A stretch of 39,066 nucleotides of DNA, from contig JAWOBU010000214.1 of assembly GCA_046484135.1 (NCBI GenBank), positions 1 to 39,066 on the forward strand. Reading direction: 5' to 3'. The position numbers and the translations under genes were made by a program. A model generated the notes under the pieces. The model ran no database searches. It had not been told where the DNA came from and saw only the letters and a list, made by a program, of their open reading frames with translations. Shown here one piece after another: positions 1-8,575 of the stretch. Positions within the stretch are counted from its first letter, which is position 1; each line of letters starts with the position of its first letter. This DNA comes from a bacterium (GTDB taxonomy: Bacteria; RBG-13-61-14; DATKZS01).

Positions 1-1
1 C

Positions 2-115
2 CTGTACGGCGACATGTCCAGCCGGGTCATGCAGACCCTTGCGACCTTCACACCGGCCATTGAAATCTATTCGATTGATGAAGCGTTTCTGGATCTGGAC
101 CGTTTTGGGCGATAA
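2..115 (+). pseudogene. umuC: Fragment of Y-family DNA polymerase V subunit UmuC, 5'-partial and cut short at a junction near 105-112
   Basis: Frame from base 2 reads LYGDMSSRVMQTLATFTPAIEIYSIDEAFLDLDRFGR*, matching the UmuC LY(A/G)DMSxRVM...EIYSIDEAFxDL segment with the catalytic SIDE motif. Stop at 113-115 comes hundreds of residues too early. Not in the ORF track. Confidence 0.85.
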
Positions 116-2474
116 GCGAGACGTGTAAGAGGTCCTCCTTGATCTGGGCCAGGATGCGTTCGAAGAGCACGGCCACACCCATGGCGTCAGGGTCAACGTC
201 CTGGAGATCACCCACCACCGCCTTCAGGTTCTGCTCTTCCCAGATCACCACCGACGGGTAAGCGTAAATAAGGAAGTTGCCGCGGTCTCCCTGGAAGCGG
301 TCTATAAGCTCCGGATGGTTCGCAGAAAGACTCTCCACCGTGACCTCGTGGGCGGAAACCATCTCTTCCACCCGGTCCCAGTTTTCGATCAGTTCCTGCC
401 GGAGCTCGTAGTCAAGCCGGCCCAGCCGCTTTTTCACCTTGTCCCGGTCAGTCTCCTCCAGGGTTGCGATAAGCTCTTTGAGCTTTTTATGGAGCTTGCG
501 GGCGCCGTCCTCCGCCTCGCCCATGCCGGCGATGTAAAAAATGCCGACGAGGCCCCGGCCCGGCGCGCCCACTATATCGCGCAGGCTTTTCAGGGCCTCC
601 ATGAACTCCCGGTACTCCTCTTCATTCATCTCGGGTGCGTCTTCCGGTTTTTCCGGCAGCGTCTTCTCCGGCGGAGAGACCCCTTGCAGTGCCTGCTCTA
701 TCCGGTTTATCTGTTCGAGCTTTTCCGGCTGATTTTGGGGAATAAAGTCGGAGATGGCGTCCACCCGGCTTACGGTGTCTTTTTTGCGGAGCTCGGCTGC
801 GAGCTTCCGGTCTTCCTTGATCGAGTGGGAGATGATCATGCCGTAGTTGGTGTCAATCCCGAACCATTCGGGAATCTTGTGCACGAGCTGGATGCTCTCC
901 ACGTTCTGGGGTTCGAGGTTCAGATAGTTGTACTCGAACTTGTAATCGGGCACGCGCAGGGCCAGCAAGATAATGATGATGGTAAGTCCGGCCACCAGGT
1001 AGAGGGCGCCCCGGTGGATCACCTTGGCGAACCCGCGCATGATGCGCGGATCAAACCTCTTCTGGGTGGGTCCGATGCTCTCCTTGGCCCGGTCCCACGC
1101 AACCAGGAGCGATCCCAGCCCGAAGGTCATCATGATAACGAAAAGGATGATGCCGGTGCCGGCCACGATGCCCATCTCCTGTCCCGCCCGGAAGGTGGCG
1201 TAGATCAGGGAGAAGAAAGCGAGCGCGGTGGCGATGGCCCCGGTCAGTATGCCCACACCCGTCTGGGTCAGGGTGAGGTCCAGGCTCTCCTTGATCGAGT
1301 GCCCCGCGTGCCGCTCCTCGGTGTAGCGCGACAGGATCAGTATGGCGTAGTCTATGCCCAGCCCCAGAAGGACGGCCCCGAAGATGGCGGTTACCGGAGT
1401 CAGGTACCCCACGGTCCAGAAAGCGGCCCCCACCGACCAGAGAATCCCCAATCCCAACGGTACGCCCACCATAAGGATCGAGCTCAGGTTCCGGAAGGCG
1501 AACGCGAAAAGGATCATGATCCCGAAAAAGGCAAGACCGGTGGTGAACTTCATGTCCCTTCTGATCACCCGGTTGTCGTCCCGCATAATGGCCGCGTTGC
1601 CCGTCATCTTGGGGTCGGGAACGTTCGGGAACTCGGACTTCAAGGAGTCCACCGCCCCTTCCACGTACTGCATGTACTCGGCGCACCACTCGAAGTTCTC
1701 CGCGGGCTCGGTGGACGAGACCAGCATGAGAAGCCGCTTGCCGTTGTCGGACACGAAGTAGGGCTCGGACAGGTCCACCGGAAGCTCTTTGTCCTCGCCC
1801 TTCAAGAGCTTTTCCAGGAAGGCGTCCTTGAGCTTCTCGGTCTGCCCGCCCGGACCGGACACCACGTAGTCCTCGCCGGTGTCCACCACCCGGCAGAGCA
1901 GGTCGAACACCAGCCCGTAGTCGGCGCCGCTTTCGGAGAGCTCCGGCACTTCTCCGCTTTGTATGTAGGAGGAGAGCATGGAGTTCACGCCCTCGAGCGA
2001 GGCGGTAAGTCCGGGGTCGGAAACCAGCTTGTTTATGGGCTCCCGGTTTCTTTGCGTCATGTCGGCCAGGAGCTTGATCTGTTCGGGCTCGAGGTAGAGG
2101 AGCGCGTACTCCATGTAATCCTCGGCCTCGATCTTGTGGAAGACGCGGGGAACGTAGTCCGGGTTCTTCACCAGCTCTTTGGCAAGCGCGTCCGCGTACT
2201 CCTTGCTTCGATCCAGGTCGTCCGACTCGATGACCACGAAAAGATAGGAAAGCGCGCCGAAGCGCTCCACCGCGTCCTTGTAATGGACCACTGCCGAGTC
2301 GTCCTCCGCCAGCATGTCCACGAAGTTGAGCTTCAGCTTAAGATGGGTCGCGGAAAAGTAGGCGAACACGGACAAAAGGACCATGCAGATAAGCACGATC
2401 CAGTAGTAACGGTACACGATATTAGAGACGCGCTGCATAAGCCGCGCGCGCCAGCCTTCATACAACCGCTTCAT
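48..2474 (-). CDS. MMPL/RND-family transporter (HpnN-like), C-terminally truncated
   Basis: N-terminal TM, large soluble domain, five-TM block with GLGIDYAI motif, TM7, second soluble domain. It then ends at the start of the second TM block (LLHVSLIA); the last ~19 aa are antisense umuC sequence. Confidence 0.8.
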   Translation of the reverse strand: MKRLYEGWRARLMQRVSNIVYRYYWIVLICMVLLSVFAYFSATHLKLKLNFVDMLAEDDSAVVHYKDAVERFGALSYLFVVIESDDLDRSKEYADALAKELVKNPDYVPRVFHKIEAEDYMEYALLYLEPEQIKLLADMTQRNREPINKLVSDPGLTASLEGVNSMLSSYIQSGEVPELSESGADYGLVFDLLCRVVDTGEDYVVSGPGGQTEKLKDAFLEKLLKGEDKELPVDLSEPYFVSDNGKRLLMLVSSTEPAENFEWCAEYMQYVEGAVDSLKSEFPNVPDPKMTGNAAIMRDDNRVIRRDMKFTTGLAFFGIMILFAFAFRNLSSILMVGVPLGLGILWSVGAAFWTVGYLTPVTAIFGAVLLGLGIDYAILILSRYTEERHAGHSIKESLDLTLTQTGVGILTGAIATALAFFSLIYATFRAGQEMGIVAGTGIILFVIMMTFGLGSLLVAWDRAKESIGPTQKRFDPRIMRGFAKVIHRGALYLVAGLTIIIILLALRVPDYKFEYNYLNLEPQNVESIQLVHKIPEWFGIDTNYGMIISHSIKEDRKLAAELRKKDTVSRVDAISDFIPQNQPEKLEQINRIEQALQGVSPPEKTLPEKPEDAPEMNEEEYREFMEALKSLRDIVGAPGRGLVGIFYIAGMGEAEDGARKLHKKLKELIATLEETDRDKVKKRLGRLDYELRQELIENWDRVEEMVSAHEVTVESLSANHPELIDRFQGDRGNFLIYAYPSVVIWEEQNLKAVVGDLQDVDPDAMGVAVLFERILAQIKEDLLHVSLIAQNGPDPETLHQSNRFQWPV

Positions 2475-2588
2475 TTACAGCCTCTCTCTAAAAAACTTCT
2501 GACTGGTTTTCTTGTACCACGGGCAGGGTGCGGAGTAAAGCAAACTCAACCGGTGTTTAATCTTTGATAGATGTTCTTATAGGCGGCA

Positions 2589-2804
2589 TCAAACCGCTTT
2601 AGCCATAAGCTCCGCCACTAAAGGCTTTTCCCGGGATAGGCGGCTGACATTCATCACTGAAAAACCCAGCAGACGACCTTCTTCGTCCACCCGCTCCATT
2701 ACCGCATCGTGCTCCGTTTCTCGCATGAAGCCCGGTTTGTCCGAGAAAAGAACTTCCAGAAAATCGCCTTCCGCGTCAAACCATATCTTCACCTGTTCGG
2801 CCAT
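2589..2804 (-). CDS. DUF2283-family small protein, putative antitoxin
   Basis: 71 aa, VKIWFDAEGDFLEV...ERVDEEGRLLGFSVMN pattern typical of DUF2283; directly downstream of a toxin-like ORF. Confidence 0.7.
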   Translation of the reverse strand: MAEQVKIWFDAEGDFLEVLFSDKPGFMRETEHDAVMERVDEEGRLLGFSVMNVSRLSREKPLVAELMAKAV

Positions 2805-2809
2805 TGTCT

Positions 2810-3100
2810 TTATCCTTTCTTCGGCTTGTCTGTAAGATATGCGGTTAAAACAAACGCATCATCCGGCGTGTACTTCACCGCCACCCACAACCATTTTACA
2901 CCAACCCGCGTCTCATTAAGTAGATTATAATACAACCAGACGCTTTTATCAGACCGGGATTCCACAATCAGCTCCGGCCGCTGGATAGTCCCTTCCAGCA
3001 GAGACTCCAGTCCTTCCATTTCCGGATGAGAGAGTATATGAAGAAGCCGCTCCTTGGTAAGCCGCACTTCACGACCCTGTTGATCAGTTAAGACCTGCAT
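2810..3100 (-). CDS. Putative RelE/BECR-fold (PBECR2/DUF4258-like) ribonuclease toxin
   Basis: ATG at 3100 (MQVLTDQQGREVRLTKERLLHI...HPEM...LYY...VAVKY...AFVLTAY); size, motifs and pairing with DUF2283 fit this class. Confidence 0.6.
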   Translation of the reverse strand: MQVLTDQQGREVRLTKERLLHILSHPEMEGLESLLEGTIQRPELIVESRSDKSVWLYYNLLNETRVGVKWLWVAVKYTPDDAFVLTAYLTDKPKKG

Positions 3101-3135
3101 TTTAGTATCAGTATACTTAAATAAGTTCAATTTAG

Positions 3136-3801
3136 CTAAACAGACTTTCCTATCGCCTCCCGCAAAGGCCCCATGCCGATCTTCTCGATGATCCGGCCCA
3201 GCCGGCCGCGCTCTTCGGTTTCTTTGTAAAATCCGATCACCCGTTCCACCACCTTAAGCGCCTGTTCATCCGTCTCCAGGTCGCGGGCCAGCTCCTGCGC
3301 CAGCCGGGGTCTCGAGCCTATGTTTCCGCCCACTACCACCGTCCACTTCTTGGACTGGGCGAAAAGGCCGATGTCCCGGACCCATCCTTCCGCGCAGTTG
3401 ATGGGACAGCCGGACACGGCTATCTTGAGCTTGTTGGGAAGCTCCATGCCCGTGTACATATCATGCAGCTTTCGGCCCAGACCCATGCTGTCGCGCTGGC
3501 CCAAGCGGCAGTAGGTGTTGCCCACGCAGCAGCGCACGCTCCGAACGCACATGCCCACCAGCGGGCCGGCCTCCAGGCCCAGCTCGCTCCACACCCGGTC
3601 CAGGTCCTCCTCCTTTAACCCCAGCAAAGCTATCCGGTTGGCGCTGGTGATCTTTATGGACTGCGCGCCGTACTTTTCGGATACGTCCGCGAGCTTGCGA
3701 AGAAGCTCCGGCGTGAGCTCGCCGCAGGCAAAGGAAGGCGCGATCCCGTACGTCTCCCGGTCCGCTTGAAGCACCGCGCCCTTTTCTCCGTCCTTTAACA
3801 T
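3136..3801 (-). CDS. Small siroheme/[4Fe-4S] nitrite/sulfite reductase (low-molecular-weight assimilatory-type SiR family)
   Basis: CVGNTYC...KIAVSGCPINC (CX5C...CX3C) motif; N-terminal GAVLQxDxETYxIxP; ~221 aa; GGAG RBS before ATG 3801. Confidence 0.8.
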   Translation of the reverse strand: MLKDGEKGAVLQADRETYGIAPSFACGELTPELLRKLADVSEKYGAQSIKITSANRIALLGLKEEDLDRVWSELGLEAGPLVGMCVRSVRCCVGNTYCRLGQRDSMGLGRKLHDMYTGMELPNKLKIAVSGCPINCAEGWVRDIGLFAQSKKWTVVVGGNIGSRPRLAQELARDLETDEQALKVVERVIGFYKETEERGRLGRIIEKIGMGPLREAIGKSV

Positions 3802-3841
3802 TTGCACTCCCTTACTCTAAGGTTAAACGGCCCAAGGCCAG

Positions 3842-4414
3842 TTACTTCTTCCCGAAGACCAGCCTGCCGCCCAGGTTGCCGGCGATGACCGCAGGAACAA
3901 GCACAGCAATGTTCACCAGAAAGTACAGCCAGGATACAGGGCCGCCCGCGGTTACCGCTATGGGAAAGAAAATTCTCCAGGCCAGCAGGAAAATACCCAG
4001 CGCCAGTACGATAAACCCGCAGATGATCTTGGTCCGGATCACCTTGGTCATGATCCCCCGGAAGCGCTTTTTCCAGTGCAGGAAGCCGGAGAACAGGACC
4101 ACCGGCATGGACAGGACCACTAAAACCAGGTTCAGAAACGCCACCTCATGGAGCACCCACAGCTCTACGCTCAGTACCGTGCGGTGGGCCAGTCCCGCAA
4201 GCTCGAACACCAGCGCCAGAAAAAGAAAAAGAACCGCGGCCGGAAGGATGCCGTTCGGGAAATGCACTGAGATGGGATGAAGATGCTTTCTGACCAACAG
4301 GTCCAGAAGCCGGGAGACCGGGCCGGCCGGAGCTTCGTCCTCTTCGGGGCCCTTTCCGGCGCCGGCCTGCTTTTCTGCCGAGGATTTCGAAGAGGGTCCT
4401 TTATCTTCTTTCAT
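3842..4414 (-). CDS. DUF2231-family membrane protein
   Basis: HLHPISVHFP motif, four TM segments, C-terminal GNLGGRLVF. Confidence 0.7.
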   Translation of the reverse strand: MKEDKGPSSKSSAEKQAGAGKGPEEDEAPAGPVSRLLDLLVRKHLHPISVHFPNGILPAAVLFLFLALVFELAGLAHRTVLSVELWVLHEVAFLNLVLVVLSMPVVLFSGFLHWKKRFRGIMTKVIRTKIICGFIVLALGIFLLAWRIFFPIAVTAGGPVSWLYFLVNIAVLVPAVIAGNLGGRLVFGKK

Positions 4415-4716
4415 GCTCCGCTCCTCCTTTCATTCTCCAAGATACAACACCGCGCGTCCCAAAGCCATGAGGATGTGAGAAACAAGGGACAGTCATTCCT
4501 GTTTTTAAGGGCAACCCGGGAGGTTAAATTTAATCTAAAATCAGGCCCCTTCCCTGCACGCGATCTGAAATAGTCATAAGTTCCGTAAATTAACATCCGC
4601 TTTTAATACTCAATCCATTCGGAGTGATTTCTCTTGACTTTATTGTAACCATAGTTATGTTTGTTGCATCGGGATAAGTAAGAAAAATAACAAACAGCGA
4701 AAGGAGGCGAGGAAAA

Positions 4717-4896
4717 ATGAGTAATGGTGAAATTAACACTCCGGGAAAAAGACAGAGTTTCGTGCATGTCAAGGACAAGGCCGGCAACGAGTTTGTATGT
4801 CCGGTGGATGCCTTGAAGGACCCGAAGGACGTGAGCGAGGAGGAGCTCAAAGCCTGTTTCGATGACGCCCGCATAGCGGTGGAACCAGGAGGCTGA
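4717..4896 (+). CDS. Small 59-aa hypothetical protein (missed by ORF track)
   Basis: AAGGAGG RBS, ATG 4717, MSNGEINTPGKRQSFVHVKDKAGNEFVCPVDALKDPKDVSEEELKACFDDARIAVEPGG*, followed directly by an intrinsic terminator. Confidence 0.8.
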   Translation: MSNGEINTPGKRQSFVHVKDKAGNEFVCPVDALKDPKDVSEEELKACFDDARIAVEPGG

Positions 4897-4913
4897 TGAT
4901 AAAAAGCTCCAGC

Positions 4914-4944
4914 AAAAGCGGGAGGCGGAAGTCTCCCGCTTTTT
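4914..4944. terminator. Bidirectional intrinsic terminator
   Basis: AAAA-GCGGGAGGC-GGAA-GTCTCCCGC-TTTTT: 9-bp stem, GNRA loop, A tract and T tract, lying between convergent genes. Confidence 0.85.
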
Positions 4945-4945
4945 G

Positions 4946-5253
4946 GTTTGCCCAGCGAAGCGGGCAAACCCGGCCTGCTGAAAGATGCGGGCGTTGCCCC
5001 GACCAGGGGGAAGACAATCCGAATCGCAAGGGCGTCATGGTGACATGGGTCTGAAGGAAGCGACAGGAAGTGAGCGGCACACAGCGCAAGCGAACCTGAT
5101 TCGGCGGCGCAGGCGGGTAAGCGTGCTAAATAGCGCAACGCCCGATTCATGGCGATGAGACAAGGATAAACAGGAGCCGTATACGAGGCCCGTACGTACG
5201 GTTCTGTGAGAGGGCTTGGGCGGGACTAATTACCCCGCCTCACCCTGCTCGAT
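4946..5253 (+). mobile_element. ORF-less, internally deleted IIC-like group II intron
   Basis: 5' end GTTTGCCCAGC; domain I motif GCAAGGGCGTCATGGTGACATGGGTCTGAAGGAAGC; domain V GAGCCGTATACGAGGCCCGTACGTACGGTTC (5174-5204); domain VI ending CTCGAT; inserted just after a terminator. Confidence 0.85.
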
Positions 5254-5270
5254 TGCCCGCTCTGCCATCT

Positions 5271-6494
5271 TCAAATCTCCAGGTTCCGGATACTGCCCGA
5301 TTCGTCAATCTCTTCCACGATGATGCCGCCGAAGGTGTCTCCGCCTTCTTTCTTCTCGTCCATGGCCATCACCCGGGGGACCAGCTCTATAAGGTGGTTC
5401 GGGTTGATGCAGGCCTCCGGAGGCAGCACCCCCCTGCCATCAACCTTGTCCTCCAGAAGCAGGATGGCGCCAATGGCCGCGGGAATACCGGTGCCTTCAC
5501 CCAGGGCCTGGCTCCGGGAGGCCATGTGAAAGCGGTACTCCCGGAACTTACCTTCTTTTTGGCCCCTGGCCACTACTGACACGCAACCCCGCTGCTCCCC
5601 GAAGCCGGTCTCGCGGAGGATGCGGTCCCGCTCCCGGATAATAAAGGCGGTAGCGAACTCCTGCGGTACAACCTCGACTCCCCGGACCTGCACCGGCTCC
5701 AGGCCCGCCAGACCCAGCCGGCACATGTCCCGGATCAGGTTGTAATACTCCTCCGGAAGCACCGACCCCTTATTGGTTACTTGCTTACAGGAGATGTAGC
5801 GGGGCAAAGTAACCTGCTCCGGGTGAGGATACGGATACAAAAGGACCCGGCCCAGGATCGGAAAATCAAAGTACTCCCGTAAAGCAATGCCGTCCTCTTC
5901 AAAAAACTTTACGTACTGGAGCCGGCCGTCCAGAAACATGGGCACGTCTATGGTCATGCAGTGGAACCGGTGGGCTATAACACCTTCCCCTTCGAAAGGC
6001 TCGCCCCCGTGCGCGTGAAAGATGTCTATGGCGTGGACCTCGTCCAAGAGGTTCTCCGCGGCGAACCGGGCCAGCAGGTTGGTCGCGCCGGGAGAGCTGC
6101 CCATCCCGATGACCGCGGTAGCTCCCGCCTTTTCCGCCCGCTCGCTCATGTCCAGGGCCTCGAGGGTCACGTCCACGTCGTCGCAGATGTCCACGTACTT
6201 GACGCCCGTGTTGATGGCGGCCTCCAGTACGGGCCTCTCGAACTTGTAAAAAGGCCCCACGCAGTTCAGCACCACGTCCGAATCAAGAAAAGCGCTCTCC
6301 AATGCTTCCCGGTCCAGAACGTCGAGCTTCTCCACGCTTACCTTGTCCGGGTCCGAGTCCGCGGCAACCTCCGCGGCCTTCTCCACGTTAAGGTCGCAGA
6401 TACGTATGTCCGTAAAATAGTCCAGGCGGGCCAGCGTCTTGACCGCCACGCTTCCCACCGCCCCGCTTCCGCCCAGAACCGTGAGTCTGGTCAT
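5271..6494 (-). CDS. Saccharopine dehydrogenase-like NAD(P)-dependent oxidoreductase
   Basis: N-terminal VLGGSGAVG Rossmann motif, NCVGPFY, YVDICDD, GMGSSPG, GVLPPE. Confidence 0.85.
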   Translation of the reverse strand: MTRLTVLGGSGAVGSVAVKTLARLDYFTDIRICDLNVEKAAEVAADSDPDKVSVEKLDVLDREALESAFLDSDVVLNCVGPFYKFERPVLEAAINTGVKYVDICDDVDVTLEALDMSERAEKAGATAVIGMGSSPGATNLLARFAAENLLDEVHAIDIFHAHGGEPFEGEGVIAHRFHCMTIDVPMFLDGRLQYVKFFEEDGIALREYFDFPILGRVLLYPYPHPEQVTLPRYISCKQVTNKGSVLPEEYYNLIRDMCRLGLAGLEPVQVRGVEVVPQEFATAFIIRERDRILRETGFGEQRGCVSVVARGQKEGKFREYRFHMASRSQALGEGTGIPAAIGAILLLEDKVDGRGVLPPEACINPNHLIELVPRVMAMDEKKEGGDTFGGIIVEEIDESGSIRNLEI

Positions 6495-6511
6495 GTTTTG
6501 CTCCTTCCGTT

Positions 6512-7582
6512 TTATTCCTCTGATGACGGCACGCCCTGCGGCTCCGTCTTCTCTTCGCTCTCCTTAGCTTCCTGCCTGAGTTTGGTCAGCGAGTAGCCCT
6601 CCCGCCAGGCAGCAAGCGCTCCCGCGGCTATAAGCGGGAAGTAGTAACAGGCGTGGAGGACCACTGCAAAAGCGAGCGCCTTTTCCGAGCTCACCGTAAC
6701 ACCGTATGCCGCGATCATGATGTAGACGAGTCCCAGTTGGTTGAAAGAGTGAAAAACCCCGATGAAGCCCGGCGCCGCAGGTATGGACGCGGCCGCGGCC
6801 CCCACCACCAGAAGGAACAGGCATCCCACCACCCCGATGTCAAGCCCGAAAGCCAGGCCCGTGAACCAGATGGGAAGCATGTTCACCGACCAGATAAAAA
6901 CGCCGGCAAGAAGCACCACCAGAAGCGCGCCCGGTCTGCCCATAATCACCAGCCCCGCGGCAAAGCGCCTTACCGCTGCCAGTATCTTCTCCTTGATGGC
7001 GTCCGGCAGAAAGGACAGGGCCCACTCCAGTATGGACATGACGGTTTCCGTGCGGAGATAGAGGACGAGCAGGAACACGAGTATGAGCGCGGCTCCGGCC
7101 AGGGTGCCGCTTCCGAAGTTGTGGACCAGCCCCTCCAGCCTTGCGTATTCCTCGGGAAAGGAGATGTACATGAGGACCACGGCGAGAAAAATGAGCATGA
7201 CCAGGAAGTCGAACAGCCGCTCGACCACCACCGTGGCCATGGACTCGCTGTAGGATACCGAGTCCTCTTTTTTGCCTACCAGGAAAATCCGCATGAACTC
7301 GCCCGCCCGCAAGGGAAACACGTTGTTGCCCATGTAACAGATGAGCATGGCCGCGGTGGCGTTCTTTACGCTCACCCTGCCGGTCTGGTTCAGGATGTAG
7401 CGCCAGCGCAGGGCCCGCAGGAATATGACCAGGAAGTAAGAAGCGATGACCGGGAACAGGTACCAGTGATAAGCCCGGGAGAAGGCCTCGCCGAACTTGG
7501 ACCAGTCCCGTATCTGGGACAGGGCCAGTCCGATAAAGGCAAGGCTTATAAGAACGCCGAACCAGAAGTGCCAGCGCTTCAT
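6512..7582 (-). CDS. Lysylphosphatidylglycerol synthase TM-domain (UPF0104) flippase-like membrane protein
   Basis: RALRW...NNVFPLRAGEFMR...VVERLFD...PAAPGFIG motifs; multiple TMs. Confidence 0.85.
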   Translation of the reverse strand: MKRWHFWFGVLISLAFIGLALSQIRDWSKFGEAFSRAYHWYLFPVIASYFLVIFLRALRWRYILNQTGRVSVKNATAAMLICYMGNNVFPLRAGEFMRIFLVGKKEDSVSYSESMATVVVERLFDFLVMLIFLAVVLMYISFPEEYARLEGLVHNFGSGTLAGAALILVFLLVLYLRTETVMSILEWALSFLPDAIKEKILAAVRRFAAGLVIMGRPGALLVVLLAGVFIWSVNMLPIWFTGLAFGLDIGVVGCLFLLVVGAAAASIPAAPGFIGVFHSFNQLGLVYIMIAAYGVTVSSEKALAFAVVLHACYYFPLIAAGALAAWREGYSLTKLRQEAKESEEKTEPQGVPSSEE

Positions 7583-8562
7583 GAGGAGCCGTTCTTTTCC
7601 CGGAAGGGTCCGGGAACGCCGTCGAACAGGTCTTCGCCCGCTTCTTCGATAAGAATTTGGCGGGCCTTTTGAACGTCTTTTTTGATCTGCTCGGCAAGGG
7701 CCTCGGCAGACTCGAACTTTATTTCTCCCCGGAGCCGCTGATACAGGGCCAGTCGGATGTTCCGGTCATAGAGGTCGCCGGAAAATCCCATGATGTGGGC
7801 TTCAATGGAAATGGCCCGGTCGTTGAAGGTAGGGTTGGCCCCGATGTTCACCACCGCTGGACAGCGTTGGCCGTCCCAGCAGGCCACCGCAGCGTAGACC
7901 CCCTCCGGCGGGATAAGCCGATTTTTCCAGCTTAAGTTGGCGGTGGCAAACCCCACGTCCTTGCCCCGGCCGTGGCCGTGAATGACCTTTCCGTGAATGT
8001 TGAAGGGCTCGCCCAGAAGAAGATGAGCGCGGCCCATCTCGCCCGCCTGGACAAGACCGCGGATGCGGGTCGAGCTGACCGGCTTGCCCAGGACCTCCAC
8101 CGCGGGAACCGACACCACCGAGAAGCCGAACCTGCGTCCGGCCCGGCCCAGAAGCTCGGCGTCCCCTTTCCTGCCCTTGCCGAACCGGAAGTCATGTCCC
8201 ACCACCACCAGCCGGGGGGAAAGCATGGCCACCACTTCCTCGACGAACCAGTCCGCCTCCCGGGAGGCGAACTCGGGAGTAAAGTCAACCTTGACCAGGT
8301 AGTCCACGCCAAGCTCCCGGATAAGCCGGGCCCGTTCGGAAAAGGTTAGTATGGCCGGGACCTCCTGTCCCTTGTAGATGACCTCGCGGGGGTGCGGATC
8401 AAAGGTGATGACCACCGAGGAAACCCGGTGCTCGGAGGAAAACTCGAGAACCTGCTTGATAATGGCGCGGTGGCCTATGTGCACCCCGTCGAAGTTGCCG
8501 ATGGTTACGGCGGAGGCGGGAAGAAAACCCTGCGGCACCTGGTTGAAGTTTAATATCTCCAT
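7579..8562 (-). CDS. ribF: Bifunctional riboflavin kinase/FAD synthetase
   Basis: TIGNFDGVHIGH, VGHDFRFG, VSSTRIR, GFATAN, IEAHI motifs; ATG 8562 with GGGAG RBS. Confidence 0.95.
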   Translation of the reverse strand: MEILNFNQVPQGFLPASAVTIGNFDGVHIGHRAIIKQVLEFSSEHRVSSVVITFDPHPREVIYKGQEVPAILTFSERARLIRELGVDYLVKVDFTPEFASREADWFVEEVVAMLSPRLVVVGHDFRFGKGRKGDAELLGRAGRRFGFSVVSVPAVEVLGKPVSSTRIRGLVQAGEMGRAHLLLGEPFNIHGKVIHGHGRGKDVGFATANLSWKNRLIPPEGVYAAVACWDGQRCPAVVNIGANPTFNDRAISIEAHIMGFSGDLYDRNIRLALYQRLRGEIKFESAEALAEQIKKDVQKARQILIEEAGEDLFDGVPGPFREKNGSS

Positions 8563-8575
8563 TTGCTCCCGGGGG

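Noticed and set aside
315..2567. 750-aa plus-strand ORF, and similar long ORFs at 11356-12267, 12917-13990, 20157-21242 and 25810-26940
   Set aside because: Antisense shadows of recognisable genes in GC-rich DNA, with no motifs or RBS.
4894..4902. Selenocysteine readthrough at TGA TGA after the small ORF
   Set aside because: Followed at once by TAA and a terminator; these are tandem stops.
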